Source: an uncultured Gammaproteobacteria bacterium
GTDB taxonomy: Bacteria; Pseudomonadota; Gammaproteobacteria; SZUA-229
DNA: 64,000 bases
Direction of reading: 5' to 3'
NCBI GenBank assembly: GCA_963721085.1
Contig: CAVRHW010000026.1
Coordinates: forward strand, 12,302-76,301
Under the pieces are notes generated by a model. The model saw only the letters and a program-made list of their open reading frames with translations. It was not told the DNA's origin and ran no database searches. Below, piece after piece: positions 54,988-64,000 of the stretch; position 1 is the stretch's first letter; every line of letters starts with the position of its first letter. Made by a program: the position numbers and the translations under genes.

Positions 54988-55863
54988 TTACAGATAGGCA
55001 TTTATTTCTTCACCGGGGTTAGGCAGGCCAGCAATACGCCAGGCTTTGCTGCCGTTGTTATCGAATAGACGTTCCATGCAGTAGTGGTCTGGCTGTTGTG
55101 CGGATTCGCATAATTCCTTGAAGTTGGGTACGTGCTGGTGTGTCTGATAGTACTGACGTAATGCGTAGATGACTTGCCAGCGTGCTTCGTTTAATTCGTC
55201 CAGGCCTTCCTGCTTCGCCAGCCACTGTGCGATTCGTTCGTTCCATTCATCGGGGTTTTGTAGAAAGCCTTCAGTATCCATTTCTACATCGGGATTAAAA
55301 TTGTCAAGGTCATCACTCGGGATCTGCTGCACCTGTCTGTGAACACCTGAAACGTCCTGCAGCATTTTTTCAATAGCTTCACAAAATGCATTCAGATCAT
55401 TCGGGCTACGTGAGGTGATCAGGTTGTCGTCCAGCACCATTTCTTTATCCACCCAGTTTGCGCCCGCATTGATCAGGTCGGTTTTGATCGACGGCCATGA
55501 GGTCAGTGTTCGGCCTTCAAGACTATTGGCTTCGATCAGTAATTGCGGGCCGTGACAGATTGCGGCAACCGGTTTATGGCTGTTCATAAAAGTACGGACA
55601 AACGAGACGGCATCCTGGTCGATGCGCAGGTGGTCAGGGCTGTAACCGCCCGGGATGAGCAGGGCGTCATACTTGTTCGCATCGGCACTATGGGTAGAGA
55701 CATTGATTTTTGCAGCCGACTTTCTGTTTTTGCCGTCTATTCTGCTTTCGGCGTGTGTCCCTATTACGTCAATTACATGTCCGGCCTGTTTGAGGCGGTC
55801 ATATGGCACCTGGTATTCAGCATCTTCAAAGTCTTTGTCTAAAATGATTGCAACTTTGGCCAT
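54988..55863 (-). CDS. fusion protein: DJ-1/PfpI (YhbO-like) domain plus DsrC/TusE-like domain lacking the C-terminal Cys
   Basis: N-terminal half: KVAIILDKDFEDAEYQVPYDRLKQAGH ... KPVAAICHGPQLL. C-terminal half: DTEGFLQNPDEWNERIAQWLAKQEGLDELNEARWQVIYALRQYYQ ... WRIAGLPNPGEEINAYL. Confidence 0.75.
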   Translation of the reverse strand: MAKVAIILDKDFEDAEYQVPYDRLKQAGHVIDVIGTHAESRIDGKNRKSAAKINVSTHSADANKYDALLIPGGYSPDHLRIDQDAVSFVRTFMNSHKPVAAICHGPQLLIEANSLEGRTLTSWPSIKTDLINAGANWVDKEMVLDDNLITSRSPNDLNAFCEAIEKMLQDVSGVHRQVQQIPSDDLDNFNPDVEMDTEGFLQNPDEWNERIAQWLAKQEGLDELNEARWQVIYALRQYYQTHQHVPNFKELCESAQQPDHYCMERLFDNNGSKAWRIAGLPNPGEEINAYL

Positions 55864-55947
55864 GGTTGTATCCCTCTTAGTGTGATGTGTTAATTAAAAC
55901 AATAATCTCCCAGATCATTGCACTGAGTTTCCAATGAATCACCATTG

Positions 55948-56000
55948 CCACCGCTTTTGCCAGCAGAGCTTTATGTGCGCTAAAGCGGTGGTCTTTTTTT
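55948..56000 (+). terminator. orphan plus-strand Rho-independent terminator in the divergent intergenic region
   Basis: CCACCGCTTT, 24-nt loop, AAAGCGGTGG, then TCTTTTTTT. No annotated plus-strand gene lies upstream. Confidence 0.45.
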
Positions 56001-56389
56001 GTACAATGCTGCCATCGAATGGACTCTGTAAATTTTAGCCATAACGTCGATGAATGCATTAAAAAATGTCAATGCTGGGGATGATTTCTACCGTGATGTC
56101 TAGCTGGAATTAGAGGGTTGGAGTGATTTATCCTGGCCAATACAGCCATATTGGGCGCCGGAGGCTTTAAATATGATCAGCCACTGGTTCAGCAATAATT
56201 ACTCCAGCAGCTTTTTTGCACTAACGGTTCTGAAGAACCGTACAAGTTATTGAAATATATTCACCTTTGAAGCTGGCAATACGCGTCTTGCCCAAAACCT
56301 TGTTTGTTACTGGCCTGTTTTTCATTATACTTGTTTCATGTCGCTAAATAATCATTAACCCTGGTTTTGCATAATTCTATAGGTGCCAT

Positions 56390-56896
56390 ATGAAAAAAAT
56401 ACTTATTGCCTGTCTGCTGTGGTTGGGGTTTTGCTTAAATGTGCATGCGGAAGGGTTGTTTAAACTGTCTCCTCTGTGTAAGGAAACTGTGATGAACATG
56501 ATCAAGTGTAAGGTGGATGATGGCGTCTCTGCAGATGATGCTATTAGCTCGATGAAGTTGCGCGCCAACCTGCTCAATTTCAAGCTGGTCGGGCATATGC
56601 CGCTGTCCAAACAGGTGGCTGCTATGGGTGGAAAGTCCAATCGTATGGAAATATTCCAGTTCTGTGATGCGATGATTGCTGCGAAGATGGTCAAGTACGA
56701 TATGGCATTTGCCGGTTACCTGCCATGCCGTATTACTCTGGTACTCGATGATAGTGGCCAGGCGTGGCTGATCACTCTGAACATGGATAAAACCATGAAT
56801 GACGCCAGTTTGCCCAAAGGATTAAAAAGTCTGGGCATGAAGGTACGTAACAATATCTATTCAATCATCACAGCTGGCGCGGAAGGCGACCTGTAG
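56390..56896 (+). CDS. DUF302-like secreted protein
   Basis: Signal peptide. ..RMEIFQFCDAMIAAKMVKYDMAFAGYLPCRITLVLDDSGQAWLITLN resembles the DUF302 core. Confidence 0.55.
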   Translation: MKKILIACLLWLGFCLNVHAEGLFKLSPLCKETVMNMIKCKVDDGVSADDAISSMKLRANLLNFKLVGHMPLSKQVAAMGGKSNRMEIFQFCDAMIAAKMVKYDMAFAGYLPCRITLVLDDSGQAWLITLNMDKTMNDASLPKGLKSLGMKVRNNIYSIITAGAEGDL

Positions 56897-57013
56897 GGAC
56901 AGACTGCGGGTCTCCTGGTGCAAAAAATCAATTGGGACGACTCCATTGATTAAATACTATTATTTTCGCATCCACGGCTAGCTCAAAGAGGGTCAGATAA
57001 GGCGGCTGATAAT

Positions 57014-57418
57014 TCAAGTCCCGACATTCAACAGAAACGCCACAATGGCAAAACCTGTCATGGAAAGGGCCACTGTGAAGCCAACGCCTATCATAATACC
57101 GTGGCCGGGTTGGGTGGAATGAGCGTGACGAAAATTGTGTGAGAATCGCCAAAAACGGATCGCTGCGGCCAGTGCCATCAATGCCCCTGTCAGAACCAGC
57201 AGACTGCCGCCCCAGAAGGAGTACGCCTGTGGTAAATGCAAATTGCTTGCCAGGGGTGTTATTTGCCTCAAGACCAGACCAAAACGATCAATCACGAAAC
57301 CCAACGCCATCATGCCAAGAGCAGTGCGCACCCAGGACATGAGTGTGCGTTCGGCGGCAAAATACACCAGGCGGCGTGCATTGACAAGTTGCTTCGTGTC
57401 AGATTCCTGATCAGACAT
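57014..57418 (-). CDS. DUF202/YidH-family membrane protein
   Basis: FAAERTLMSWVRTALGMMALGFVIDRF plus two further TM helices. Start taken at MSDQESD. Confidence 0.65.
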   Translation of the reverse strand: MSDQESDTKQLVNARRLVYFAAERTLMSWVRTALGMMALGFVIDRFGLVLRQITPLASNLHLPQAYSFWGGSLLVLTGALMALAAAIRFWRFSHNFRHAHSTQPGHGIMIGVGFTVALSMTGFAIVAFLLNVGT

Positions 57419-57655
57419 AACGACCCTCCGCCAAACCATCATTGTTACTGATGACGTAAGTCTAGCATCGAAACTTTGCTGGCTTAACCCTGTTTCATTT
57501 CAAGATTATCGTAGTATCTTGTGTATCAAATCCCGCAAGGCATATTAGAAAAAATGTGCCGAAAGGGTTTAAATATGATCAAGAGTTGGTTAAAAAAGAA
57601 TTCCTCTGGCACATTTTTCGCGCGATCGACGTTGGGTTGAAGATGATGCGCTGTT

Positions 57656-57955
57656 TTGAGGTGCGAAATGATGAATACGAGAAAACACAGAAGCACAGAG
57701 TGGGACCTGGATCTGGCTCACAGGCATGTGGTGATTCAGCGCCGCTACGAGGCATTAGGCGCGCTCAATGACCTGATGATTGCAGTCTGGTTTTTGATTG
57801 GCAGCACCTTCTTCCTTGATAAAACATTGGTGGAAAGTGGTACCTGGCTATTCATTGCCGGTTGCATCCAGTTATTGATCAAACCAGCGTTGAAGCTGTC
57901 AAGCCTGATTCACGTAGGCCGAGTCTACCGTAACGGAATTGAAGAAGGCGCGTAG
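57656..57955 (+). CDS. YrhK-like small membrane protein
   Basis: RRYEALGALNDLMIAVWFLIGSTFFL ... WLFIAGCIQLLIKP. Start uncertain (several Met). Confidence 0.5.
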   Translation: MRCEMMNTRKHRSTEWDLDLAHRHVVIQRRYEALGALNDLMIAVWFLIGSTFFLDKTLVESGTWLFIAGCIQLLIKPALKLSSLIHVGRVYRNGIEEGA

Positions 57956-58237
57956 CCGAGGTCATGTCAATGTCAGGGGATGGGCAAGAAATATCTGTTC
58001 TACCAATATCCAGATACTTGAATTTGAAGTGAGAAGTCGAGGGTCTTGTCGCACCTTTCCTGTTAAGAGATCCGCACACCGGCATGGTATCGCTTGCATA
58101 AGCCGCTGCAGCAGTCATCACAAGAGCTGCTTCTGAGACAGCGAACTTGTTTTATGGGTGTGATTGCGCAACTCAGGCGACTCTGCTAACGTCCTGTCTG
58201 TTTTCGCTCAGCAGTAGCGCCAGCCAGTCATCAATCC

Positions 58238-59066
58238 ATGCATTCACTTCTAACCTATCTGAGCCCCTGGGAATTTTCGCCCACGGTCTTGCTGAGTTGT
58301 CTCGGGGCAGCGGTACTGTACTGGCTCGGATTGCGCCAGCGACGGCGAGACGGGCGAGCATACCGGGTTTGGCCGAACCTTCAGCTTTTATCTCGGGGTA
58401 GTTCTGATCTACGGGGTCATGCAGACCTATGTCGATTACCTGTCACAGCACATGTTCTGGGTTCACCGGCTGCAGCACCTGGTCCTGCACCACGTGGCGC
58501 CGTTTTTTATCGTGCTGGCTTATCCGCATGAAATCCTCGGGCGGGGCTTGCCCGCGAGCTGGCACGACCGGTTTTTGCTGCCGTTCTGGAACAGTCTGCC
58601 GGTACGCAGCTGTTACCGGTTTGTGCAGCACCCGGTGGTTTCACCGATATTGTTTGTCGGCCTCGTTTTTTTCTGGTTGATTCCTTCTATACATTTCAAC
58701 GCGATGCTGAGTGCGACCCTGTATCAGGTGATGAACTGGAGCATGTTGCTGGACGGGCTGCTATTCTGGTGGCTGATCGTTGATAATCGCCCACCCGATG
58801 CCCACCGCACCACGCGTTATCCTGTGCGAATCCTTATTCTGTTCGCCACGCAGATATTACAAATTTTGATCGGAGCGCCGATCGCGTTGTCTGACAAGGT
58901 GCTGTACAACGTTTATAGTGTTTGCGGTCGCGCCTGGCCGATCAGCCCTGTGACCGATCAGCAGATTGGTGGTCTGATTACCTGGATTCCTTCGGCAATG
59001 ATGAGCGTGTTAGGGATTCTACTGGTTATCCGGCTATGGCGGCGCCAGTCCAGCCTGGATGGCTGA
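58238..59066 (+). pseudogene. cytochrome c oxidase assembly factor CtaG-like membrane protein with a frameshift near 58375
   Basis: MHSLLTYLSPWEFSPTVLLSCLGAAVLYWLGLRQRR..RVW (58238 frame) continues as TFSFYLGVVLIYGVMQTYVDYLSQHMFWVHRLQHLVLHHVAPFF.. (58419 frame). Confidence 0.65.
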
Positions 59067-59114
59067 TCAGCTACCGTGTTCGTTACCGCAAAATAAGATA
59101 CAGGGTGTTTTTTT

Positions 59115-59738
59115 ATGTACCGAATAATTCATCGTCCTTTGCGTAGCCTGTTTGTCATCGGCCTGCTGTTGCTGGTCTCGGCATGTGACAGTGGGCCGCC
59201 CTGGGCCACCAAAAGCATTTCCGGTTTGATGCCGAACCTGTCATTTACCATGACCGACGCCAATCGTGACACCACGGTTCAGGCGAAGGATTTCCGTGGT
59301 CACATCGTATTGTTATATTTTGGTTATACCCATTGTCCGGATGTGTGCCCGTTGGAGCTACATCGCTTGCAGACCGTTCTGTCGAATCTCGGTGCAGATG
59401 CGAAACAGGTGCGGGTATTGTTCGTCACTGCCGATCCAGCGCGCGACACGGTGAAGGTACTCAAAAGCTATACCGAATATTTCGGTCCGCAGTTTATTGG
59501 CCTGCGTGGTGATGAGGCTGCCCTGCGCAAGTTGACCAAAACCTATCGGGTGACATATGGTTATGGCAAACCGGACGCACAAGGCAATTATGAAGTCTCG
59601 CACAGCAGCGCGGTGTATGTGTTTGACCGTCAGGGTGATGCCCGTCTGATTGTTCGTCCCACCGATTCGATCGCGGCGATCACCAGTGATGTACAGCGGC
59701 TGATTGCAGAAAACAAACAGGCAGCAGTCAGCCGCTAG
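59115..59738 (+). CDS. SCO1/SenC-family copper chaperone
   Basis: Thioredoxin-like YFGYTHCPDVCP motif. Lipoprotein-like signal ..LLLVSAC. Confidence 0.85.
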   Translation: MYRIIHRPLRSLFVIGLLLLVSACDSGPPWATKSISGLMPNLSFTMTDANRDTTVQAKDFRGHIVLLYFGYTHCPDVCPLELHRLQTVLSNLGADAKQVRVLFVTADPARDTVKVLKSYTEYFGPQFIGLRGDEAALRKLTKTYRVTYGYGKPDAQGNYEVSHSSAVYVFDRQGDARLIVRPTDSIAAITSDVQRLIAENKQAAVSR

Positions 59739-59789
59739 CGTATGGCTTGAACATCGGGGCGAACTACCTTTCACGGGAGACATGCCGAA

Positions 59790-60725
59790 ATGACCAAAAT
59801 AGCCATCATCCAGGATTCTCCGGTTTTACTCGATCGAGAAAAAACGATTGATAAAGCCTTGCACTTGATAGAGCAGGCCGCAGCGGCGGATGCCGAGCTG
59901 GTTATATTTCCCGAAGCGTATTTTTCTGGCTACCCCGCGTGGATATGGCGTCTGCGTCCCGGTGGTGACTGGGGCGTCAGTGACGAGCTGCATGCGCGTT
60001 TACTGGATAGCGCGGTCGATATTGATGCCGGTGATCTCGCGCCGCTTTGTGATTCAGCGAAGACTAACAAGCTCACTATAGTCTGTGGTTTGAACGAGCG
60101 CGATGGAAATTTAAGCAAGGCCACGCTGTACAACACGGCTGTAATCATCGGCAAGGACGGCGTCATTCTTAATCGTCATCGCAAGTTAATGCCGACCAAT
60201 CCCGAACGCATGGTGTGGGGCTTTGGCGATGGCTCCGGGTTGAAGGTTGTCGATACGCCAGCAGGGAAGGTTGGAACACTGATGTGCTGGGAAAATTACA
60301 TGCCGCTGGCACGGTACGCCCTGTATTCGCAGGGTGTCGAAATCTATATAGCACCCACGTACGACAGCGGTGATGGCTGGCTGGGCACCATGCAACACAT
60401 CGCGCGCGAAGGGCGTTGCTGGGTAATTTCAAGCGGCGTTGCGCTGAGCAACAGCGATATCCCTGCCGATTTTCCGGACAGAGACGTTTTGTATCCTGAA
60501 GATGAGGAATGGATTAATCCCGGTGATTCAGCGGTGGTCGCGCCGGGCGGTGATATTGTTGCCGGGCCGATGCACCAGGAAAAAGGCATTCTTTTCGCTG
60601 AAGTTGATTCGACGCGGGTAGCTAGATCAAAACGAGACCTCGATATTACCGGGCATTATTCAAGACCGGATATTTTTACGCTCAGTGTCGATACCCGGCC
60701 GCAAAGCCCGGTTAAATTCAAATAA
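59790..60725 (+). CDS. nitrilase-family carbon-nitrogen hydrolase
   Basis: Glu-Lys-Cys triad context: FPEAYFSGYP, HRKLMPT, and GTLMCWENYMP. Confidence 0.85.
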   Translation: MTKIAIIQDSPVLLDREKTIDKALHLIEQAAAADAELVIFPEAYFSGYPAWIWRLRPGGDWGVSDELHARLLDSAVDIDAGDLAPLCDSAKTNKLTIVCGLNERDGNLSKATLYNTAVIIGKDGVILNRHRKLMPTNPERMVWGFGDGSGLKVVDTPAGKVGTLMCWENYMPLARYALYSQGVEIYIAPTYDSGDGWLGTMQHIAREGRCWVISSGVALSNSDIPADFPDRDVLYPEDEEWINPGDSAVVAPGGDIVAGPMHQEKGILFAEVDSTRVARSKRDLDITGHYSRPDIFTLSVDTRPQSPVKFK

Positions 60726-60777
60726 AACCAGGCACGCGACTGAGCATTGAATCGCTCAGCAATCACTGGAGATCCAG

Positions 60778-61276
60778 ATGTCGTTACTATCAAAGCAAAA
60801 ACAGATCCTGGGGCTTGTTGCCTGGCTGCTGGTGAGCTTTGCGGCTTCTGCTGTGGGTGCTGTCGCTTCCATCCATGCCAGGTCTTTCTACGGACAACTC
60901 ATCCAGCCTCAGTGGGCGCCACCGGGTAGCGTTTTTGGCCCGGTGTGGACCACGTTGTATGTTTTGATGGCCATCGCTGCCTGGCTGGTGTGGCGTACTG
61001 GTGGGTTTCGTGCCCATCGACAGGCGCTTAGCATTATTTTTGTTGCAGCTCGCGTTCAACGCATTATGGAGCTGGCTATTCTTTGCCTGGCACCTGGGGG
61101 CTCTGGCGCTCGTCGATGTGCTGGTATTGTGGCTGTTTATCCTGGCCACGATAGTTTTTTTCTGGCGCGTTCGACCGCTGGCCGGTGCACTGCTCGTTCC
61201 TTATCTGCTCTGGGTGAGCTTCGCATCCGCGCTGAATTATTCGGTCTGGCAACTGAATCCGCAGATTCTGGGTTAG
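60778..61276 (+). pseudogene. tspO: TspO/MBR tryptophan-rich sensory protein with a frameshift near 61030
   Basis: ..LIQPQWAPPGSVFGPVWTTLYVLMAIAAWLVWR (60778 frame) continues as LALFLLQLAFNALWSWLFFAWHLGALALVDVL..VPYLLWVSFASALNYSVWQLN (61001 frame). Confidence 0.8.
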
Positions 61277-61338
61277 TGAATGGGTGCTACCTGATGCCCT
61301 GATTTTTTACGGCTTGAATGTAAGGACGAAATCTCATC

Positions 61339-61788
61339 ATGACATCACAAAATTACTGGATAGGCGTTGTGTCTCGTACGCATGTTCAAACAGGGGTGAA
61401 AGGCGGTTTCATTCAGCTTAATCATGGCAAAAAAGCACCGCTGCAGCGATTAAGCGCGGGCGATGGCCTGGTGATGTACTCGCCTCGCACAGAATATCCA
61501 GATGGTGAGCCATTGCAGCAATTCACCGCAATTGGAGTAATCACTACTGGCGATATCTATCAGGTTGAAATGAGTCCTGAATTCAAACCTTATCGCATTG
61601 ACGTACAGTTTTTTGCGTGCCGGGAAGTGTCAATCCGGCCACTGATCGAGTCGCTGTCATTTATCAAAAGCAAGACGCACTGGGGCGCTGCTTTTCGGTT
61701 TGGTCAGGTCAAGGTACCACAGGCCGATTTTTTCCGTATTGCCGGCGCTATGGATTGTGAAGGCGTGTTCGAGCAAAATAGGTCTTAA
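61339..61788 (+). CDS. EVE (PUA-like) domain protein
   Basis: 149 aa: NYWIGVVSRTHVQTGVKGGFIQLNHGKKAPLQRLSAGDGLVMYSPR. Confidence 0.7.
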   Translation: MTSQNYWIGVVSRTHVQTGVKGGFIQLNHGKKAPLQRLSAGDGLVMYSPRTEYPDGEPLQQFTAIGVITTGDIYQVEMSPEFKPYRIDVQFFACREVSIRPLIESLSFIKSKTHWGAAFRFGQVKVPQADFFRIAGAMDCEGVFEQNRS

Positions 61789-61835
61789 CAAAACGATGGG
61801 ACTGACTGAATAATGTCTTTTGAACCTGAAGGAGA

Positions 61836-62453
61836 TTGTGCGTGAGCAAAACCGTTAAAGGCCCTGATGGCAAAGCGCGTTGTCAATGGTGCAGTGTGAC
61901 CCCCGAGTATCTGGCCTACCACGATAGCGAGTGGGGTTTTCCTGTTGATGATGATATTCGTTTGTTCGAAAAACTGAGTCTTGAGGGTTTCCAGTCCGGA
62001 TTGAGCTGGCGCACGATTCTTGCCAAGCGCGAGAACTTTCGCGCGGCTTTTCGTCATTTTGATTTCAACAAGATCGCGCGTTTCAGCGAACGCGATATTA
62101 CGCGCCTACTCAAGGATGAAGGTATTGTTCGGCATCGCGGCAAGATCGAAGCGGTCATCAATAATGCGCGGCGAGCAAAAGAGCTGGTGAAACAGGAAGG
62201 TTCGCTGGCTGCATTTTTCTGGTCGTACGAGCCCGACAAAAAACAGCTTGCCAAACCGCAGAGCGCATCGACCTCGGCGGAATCGATTGCGCTGTCGAAA
62301 GATTTGAAGAAAATGGGCTGGAAATTTGTCGGGCCCACCACGGCGTATGCCTTTATGCAGGCGATGGGGCTGATCAACGATCATGCCGAAGGCTGCGTGA
62401 TCAGGGCCAGGGTTGAGCGTGCGCGCAAGAGTTTCAGACGACCGCGGGCGTGA
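61836..62453 (+). CDS. tag: DNA-3-methyladenine glycosylase I
   Basis: RCQWCSVTPEYLAYHDSEWGFPVDDDIRLFEKLSLEGFQSGLSWRTILAKRENFR. Confidence 0.9.
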   Translation: MCVSKTVKGPDGKARCQWCSVTPEYLAYHDSEWGFPVDDDIRLFEKLSLEGFQSGLSWRTILAKRENFRAAFRHFDFNKIARFSERDITRLLKDEGIVRHRGKIEAVINNARRAKELVKQEGSLAAFFWSYEPDKKQLAKPQSASTSAESIALSKDLKKMGWKFVGPTTAYAFMQAMGLINDHAEGCVIRARVERARKSFRRPRA

Positions 62454-62624
62454 CTGCGCTGCATCGGGTGACGCGAGAGGGCTGGTGCTGCGCCTGGAAT
62501 TTATATAATTCCTTTTATTTTCATTGAGTTATAATTATAAACAATAGTCTGGTGGTTTTCGCTCGATCGCTGTCGACATGATTGTTACAACAAACGGGCA
62601 AATTTATGACTAACGACGTCAAAT

Positions 62625-62656
62625 CGTCATATTACGGTCACATTTCACTGTTAAAT
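62625..62656 (+). promoter_or_regulatory. candidate Pho box upstream of pstS
   Basis: CGTCATATTACGGTCACATTTCACTGTTAAAT: GTCA-type heptads spaced 11 nt apart, resembling the CTGTCAT-N4-CTGTCAT PhoB site, about 90 nt before the pstS ATG. Confidence 0.4.
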
Positions 62657-62743
62657 TTCTCCGCCATGCTGAACCGCATTTAGTCCAGCGAGAATTTTTG
62701 CTTAGTCAATGTTTTGAATTATCAATCTCCAGGAGTCAAACGA

Positions 62744-63802
62744 ATGTATCCACGATTTATTAAACAGGCTTTTGTCGGCGCGGCCGTGCTGTCTTTTGCG
62801 CTGTCCGGTGTTGCCACTGCTGCTAATGTGACCGAAATATCGGGCGCAGGTGCAACCTTCCCTTACCCTGTATACGGCAAGTGGGCGGAATCCTATCACC
62901 ACAAGACCGGTGTAAAAATGAACTACCAGTCGATCGGCTCGGGCGGCGGTATCAAGCAGATCAAGGCCAAAACGGTAGACTTTGGTGCCTCCGATGCTCC
63001 GCTGAAGCCGGAAGAACTGGATTCAGCAGGCCTGATGCAGTTCCCGATGGTCATGGGCGGTGTCGTACCTGTGGTTAATGTTCCTGGCATTAAGCCCGGT
63101 GCACTGAAACTCAGCGGCGAACTGCTGGCTGACATCTACATGGGCGAAATCAAGAAATGGAATGATCCCCGCATCGAAGCGCTTAATAAAGGCCTGAAAC
63201 TGCCTGCTTCTTCCATTACTGTGGTTCATCGTGCTGATGGTTCGGGTACCACCTGGATTTTCACCAACTACCTGACCAAGGTCAGCAAGACCTGGGCCAG
63301 CAAAGTGGGCAATGACAAGTCGGTCGCCTGGCCCGCAGGTGTTGGTGGCAAGGGTAACGAAGGCGTTGCATCTTATGTCAATCGCATCAAGGGCTCTATT
63401 GGCTATGTTGAATATGCCTATGCGCTGCAGAACAAAATGAGCTACGCCAGGCTGGAAAATCAGGCGGGTCACTTTGTATCGCCTACCAGCAAAACCTTCC
63501 AGGCCGCTGCTGCCAATGCTGACTGGAATCATGCACCCGGATTCTACATGGTTCTGACCGATCAACCGGGCAAGGATAGCTGGCCTATCACTGGCGCCAC
63601 CTTTATACTTGTGTACAAGACACAGATGAAGCCTGCCAATGGTCTTGCGGTACTGAAGTTCTTTGACTGGGCTTATCATCATGGTGGCAAGATGGCTGAA
63701 AAGCTGGATTACGTGCCTATGCCAGCTAGCGTTGTTAAGCTGGTAGAACATACCTGGGCAAAAGACATCAAGGATGCGTCTGGCAAGGCTGTCTGGAAGT
63801 AA
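62744..63802 (+). CDS. pstS: phosphate ABC transporter substrate-binding protein
   Basis: Signal peptide then GAGATFPYPVYGKWAESY ... Start taken at MYPRFIK with an AGGAG RBS. Confidence 0.9.
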   Translation: MYPRFIKQAFVGAAVLSFALSGVATAANVTEISGAGATFPYPVYGKWAESYHHKTGVKMNYQSIGSGGGIKQIKAKTVDFGASDAPLKPEELDSAGLMQFPMVMGGVVPVVNVPGIKPGALKLSGELLADIYMGEIKKWNDPRIEALNKGLKLPASSITVVHRADGSGTTWIFTNYLTKVSKTWASKVGNDKSVAWPAGVGGKGNEGVASYVNRIKGSIGYVEYAYALQNKMSYARLENQAGHFVSPTSKTFQAAAANADWNHAPGFYMVLTDQPGKDSWPITGATFILVYKTQMKPANGLAVLKFFDWAYHHGGKMAEKLDYVPMPASVVKLVEHTWAKDIKDASGKAVWK

Positions 63803-63867
63803 GTCCATGATACAGAGGTAGATTCTGTTTAAAATGACATACCACCAGAATGACTATGTTCAGGTGA

Positions 63868-63905
63868 GGGAGGAGCCGTCACAAGACGGCTCCTCCATTT
63901 TTTAT
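63868..63905 (+). terminator. Rho-independent terminator/attenuator after pstS
   Basis: GGAGGAGCCGTC-ACAA-GACGGCTCCTCC followed by a T-run. Confidence 0.75.
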
Positions 63906-63918
63906 TGACCTGAAAAAT

Positions 63919-64000
63919 ATGAAAACAATGTTTAAACAGTCAACGTCAGAAAATATTCCACACCCCGGTCTCAGACACGGTGCCTGGCTGGATAAGCTGT
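63919..64000 (+). CDS. pstC: probable start of the phosphate ABC transporter permease (runs off the window)
   Basis: MKTMFKQSTSENIPHPGLRHGAWLDKL. The call rests on its position after pstS only. Confidence 0.4.
   Translation, partial: MKTMFKQSTSENIPHPGLRHGAWLDKL

Noticed and set aside
55877-56059. 60-aa minus-strand ORF in the divergent intergenic region
   Set aside because: It runs through the orphan terminator hairpin and has no RBS or motif.
63023-63808. 261-aa minus-strand ORF
   Set aside because: Antisense to pstS.

Overview
This window looks like a chromosomal segment from a gammaproteobacterial sulfur oxidiser. That call rests on gene content and synteny only; nothing was searched. 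Most of it is housekeeping: soxXYZA (soxA runs off the left edge), bepA-like protease, ilvIHC, pssA, leuA, udg/rimI, prfC, valS-holC-pepA divergent from lptFG, xerD-dsbC, parE-parC, copper/oxidase assembly genes, tag and pstS.

Four things stand out.
1. A roughly 200-nt structured element occurs three times (about 21.8, 44.2 and 45.4 kb). Compensatory stem changes and G-U pairs that work only on the minus strand mark it as an RNA. Two hairpins carry identical AGGAC loops. Two copies bracket a higBA toxin-antitoxin pair.
2. Two visibly AT-richer islets (22.0-23.3 kb and 45.5-54.8 kb) encode only small membrane, lipoprotein and secreted proteins of unknown function.
3. Two further intergenic repeat families are present.
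4. At least about 20 single-nucleotide frameshifts break otherwise recognisable genes, including essential parC and leuA. This most likely reflects sequence quality rather than biology.

Other oddities are a DJ-1/PfpI-DsrC/TusE fusion, a Lys-rich histone-H1-like repeat protein and a VPxP-CTERM-like secreted protein. No rRNA, tRNA, CRISPR array, transposase or integrase was recognised.
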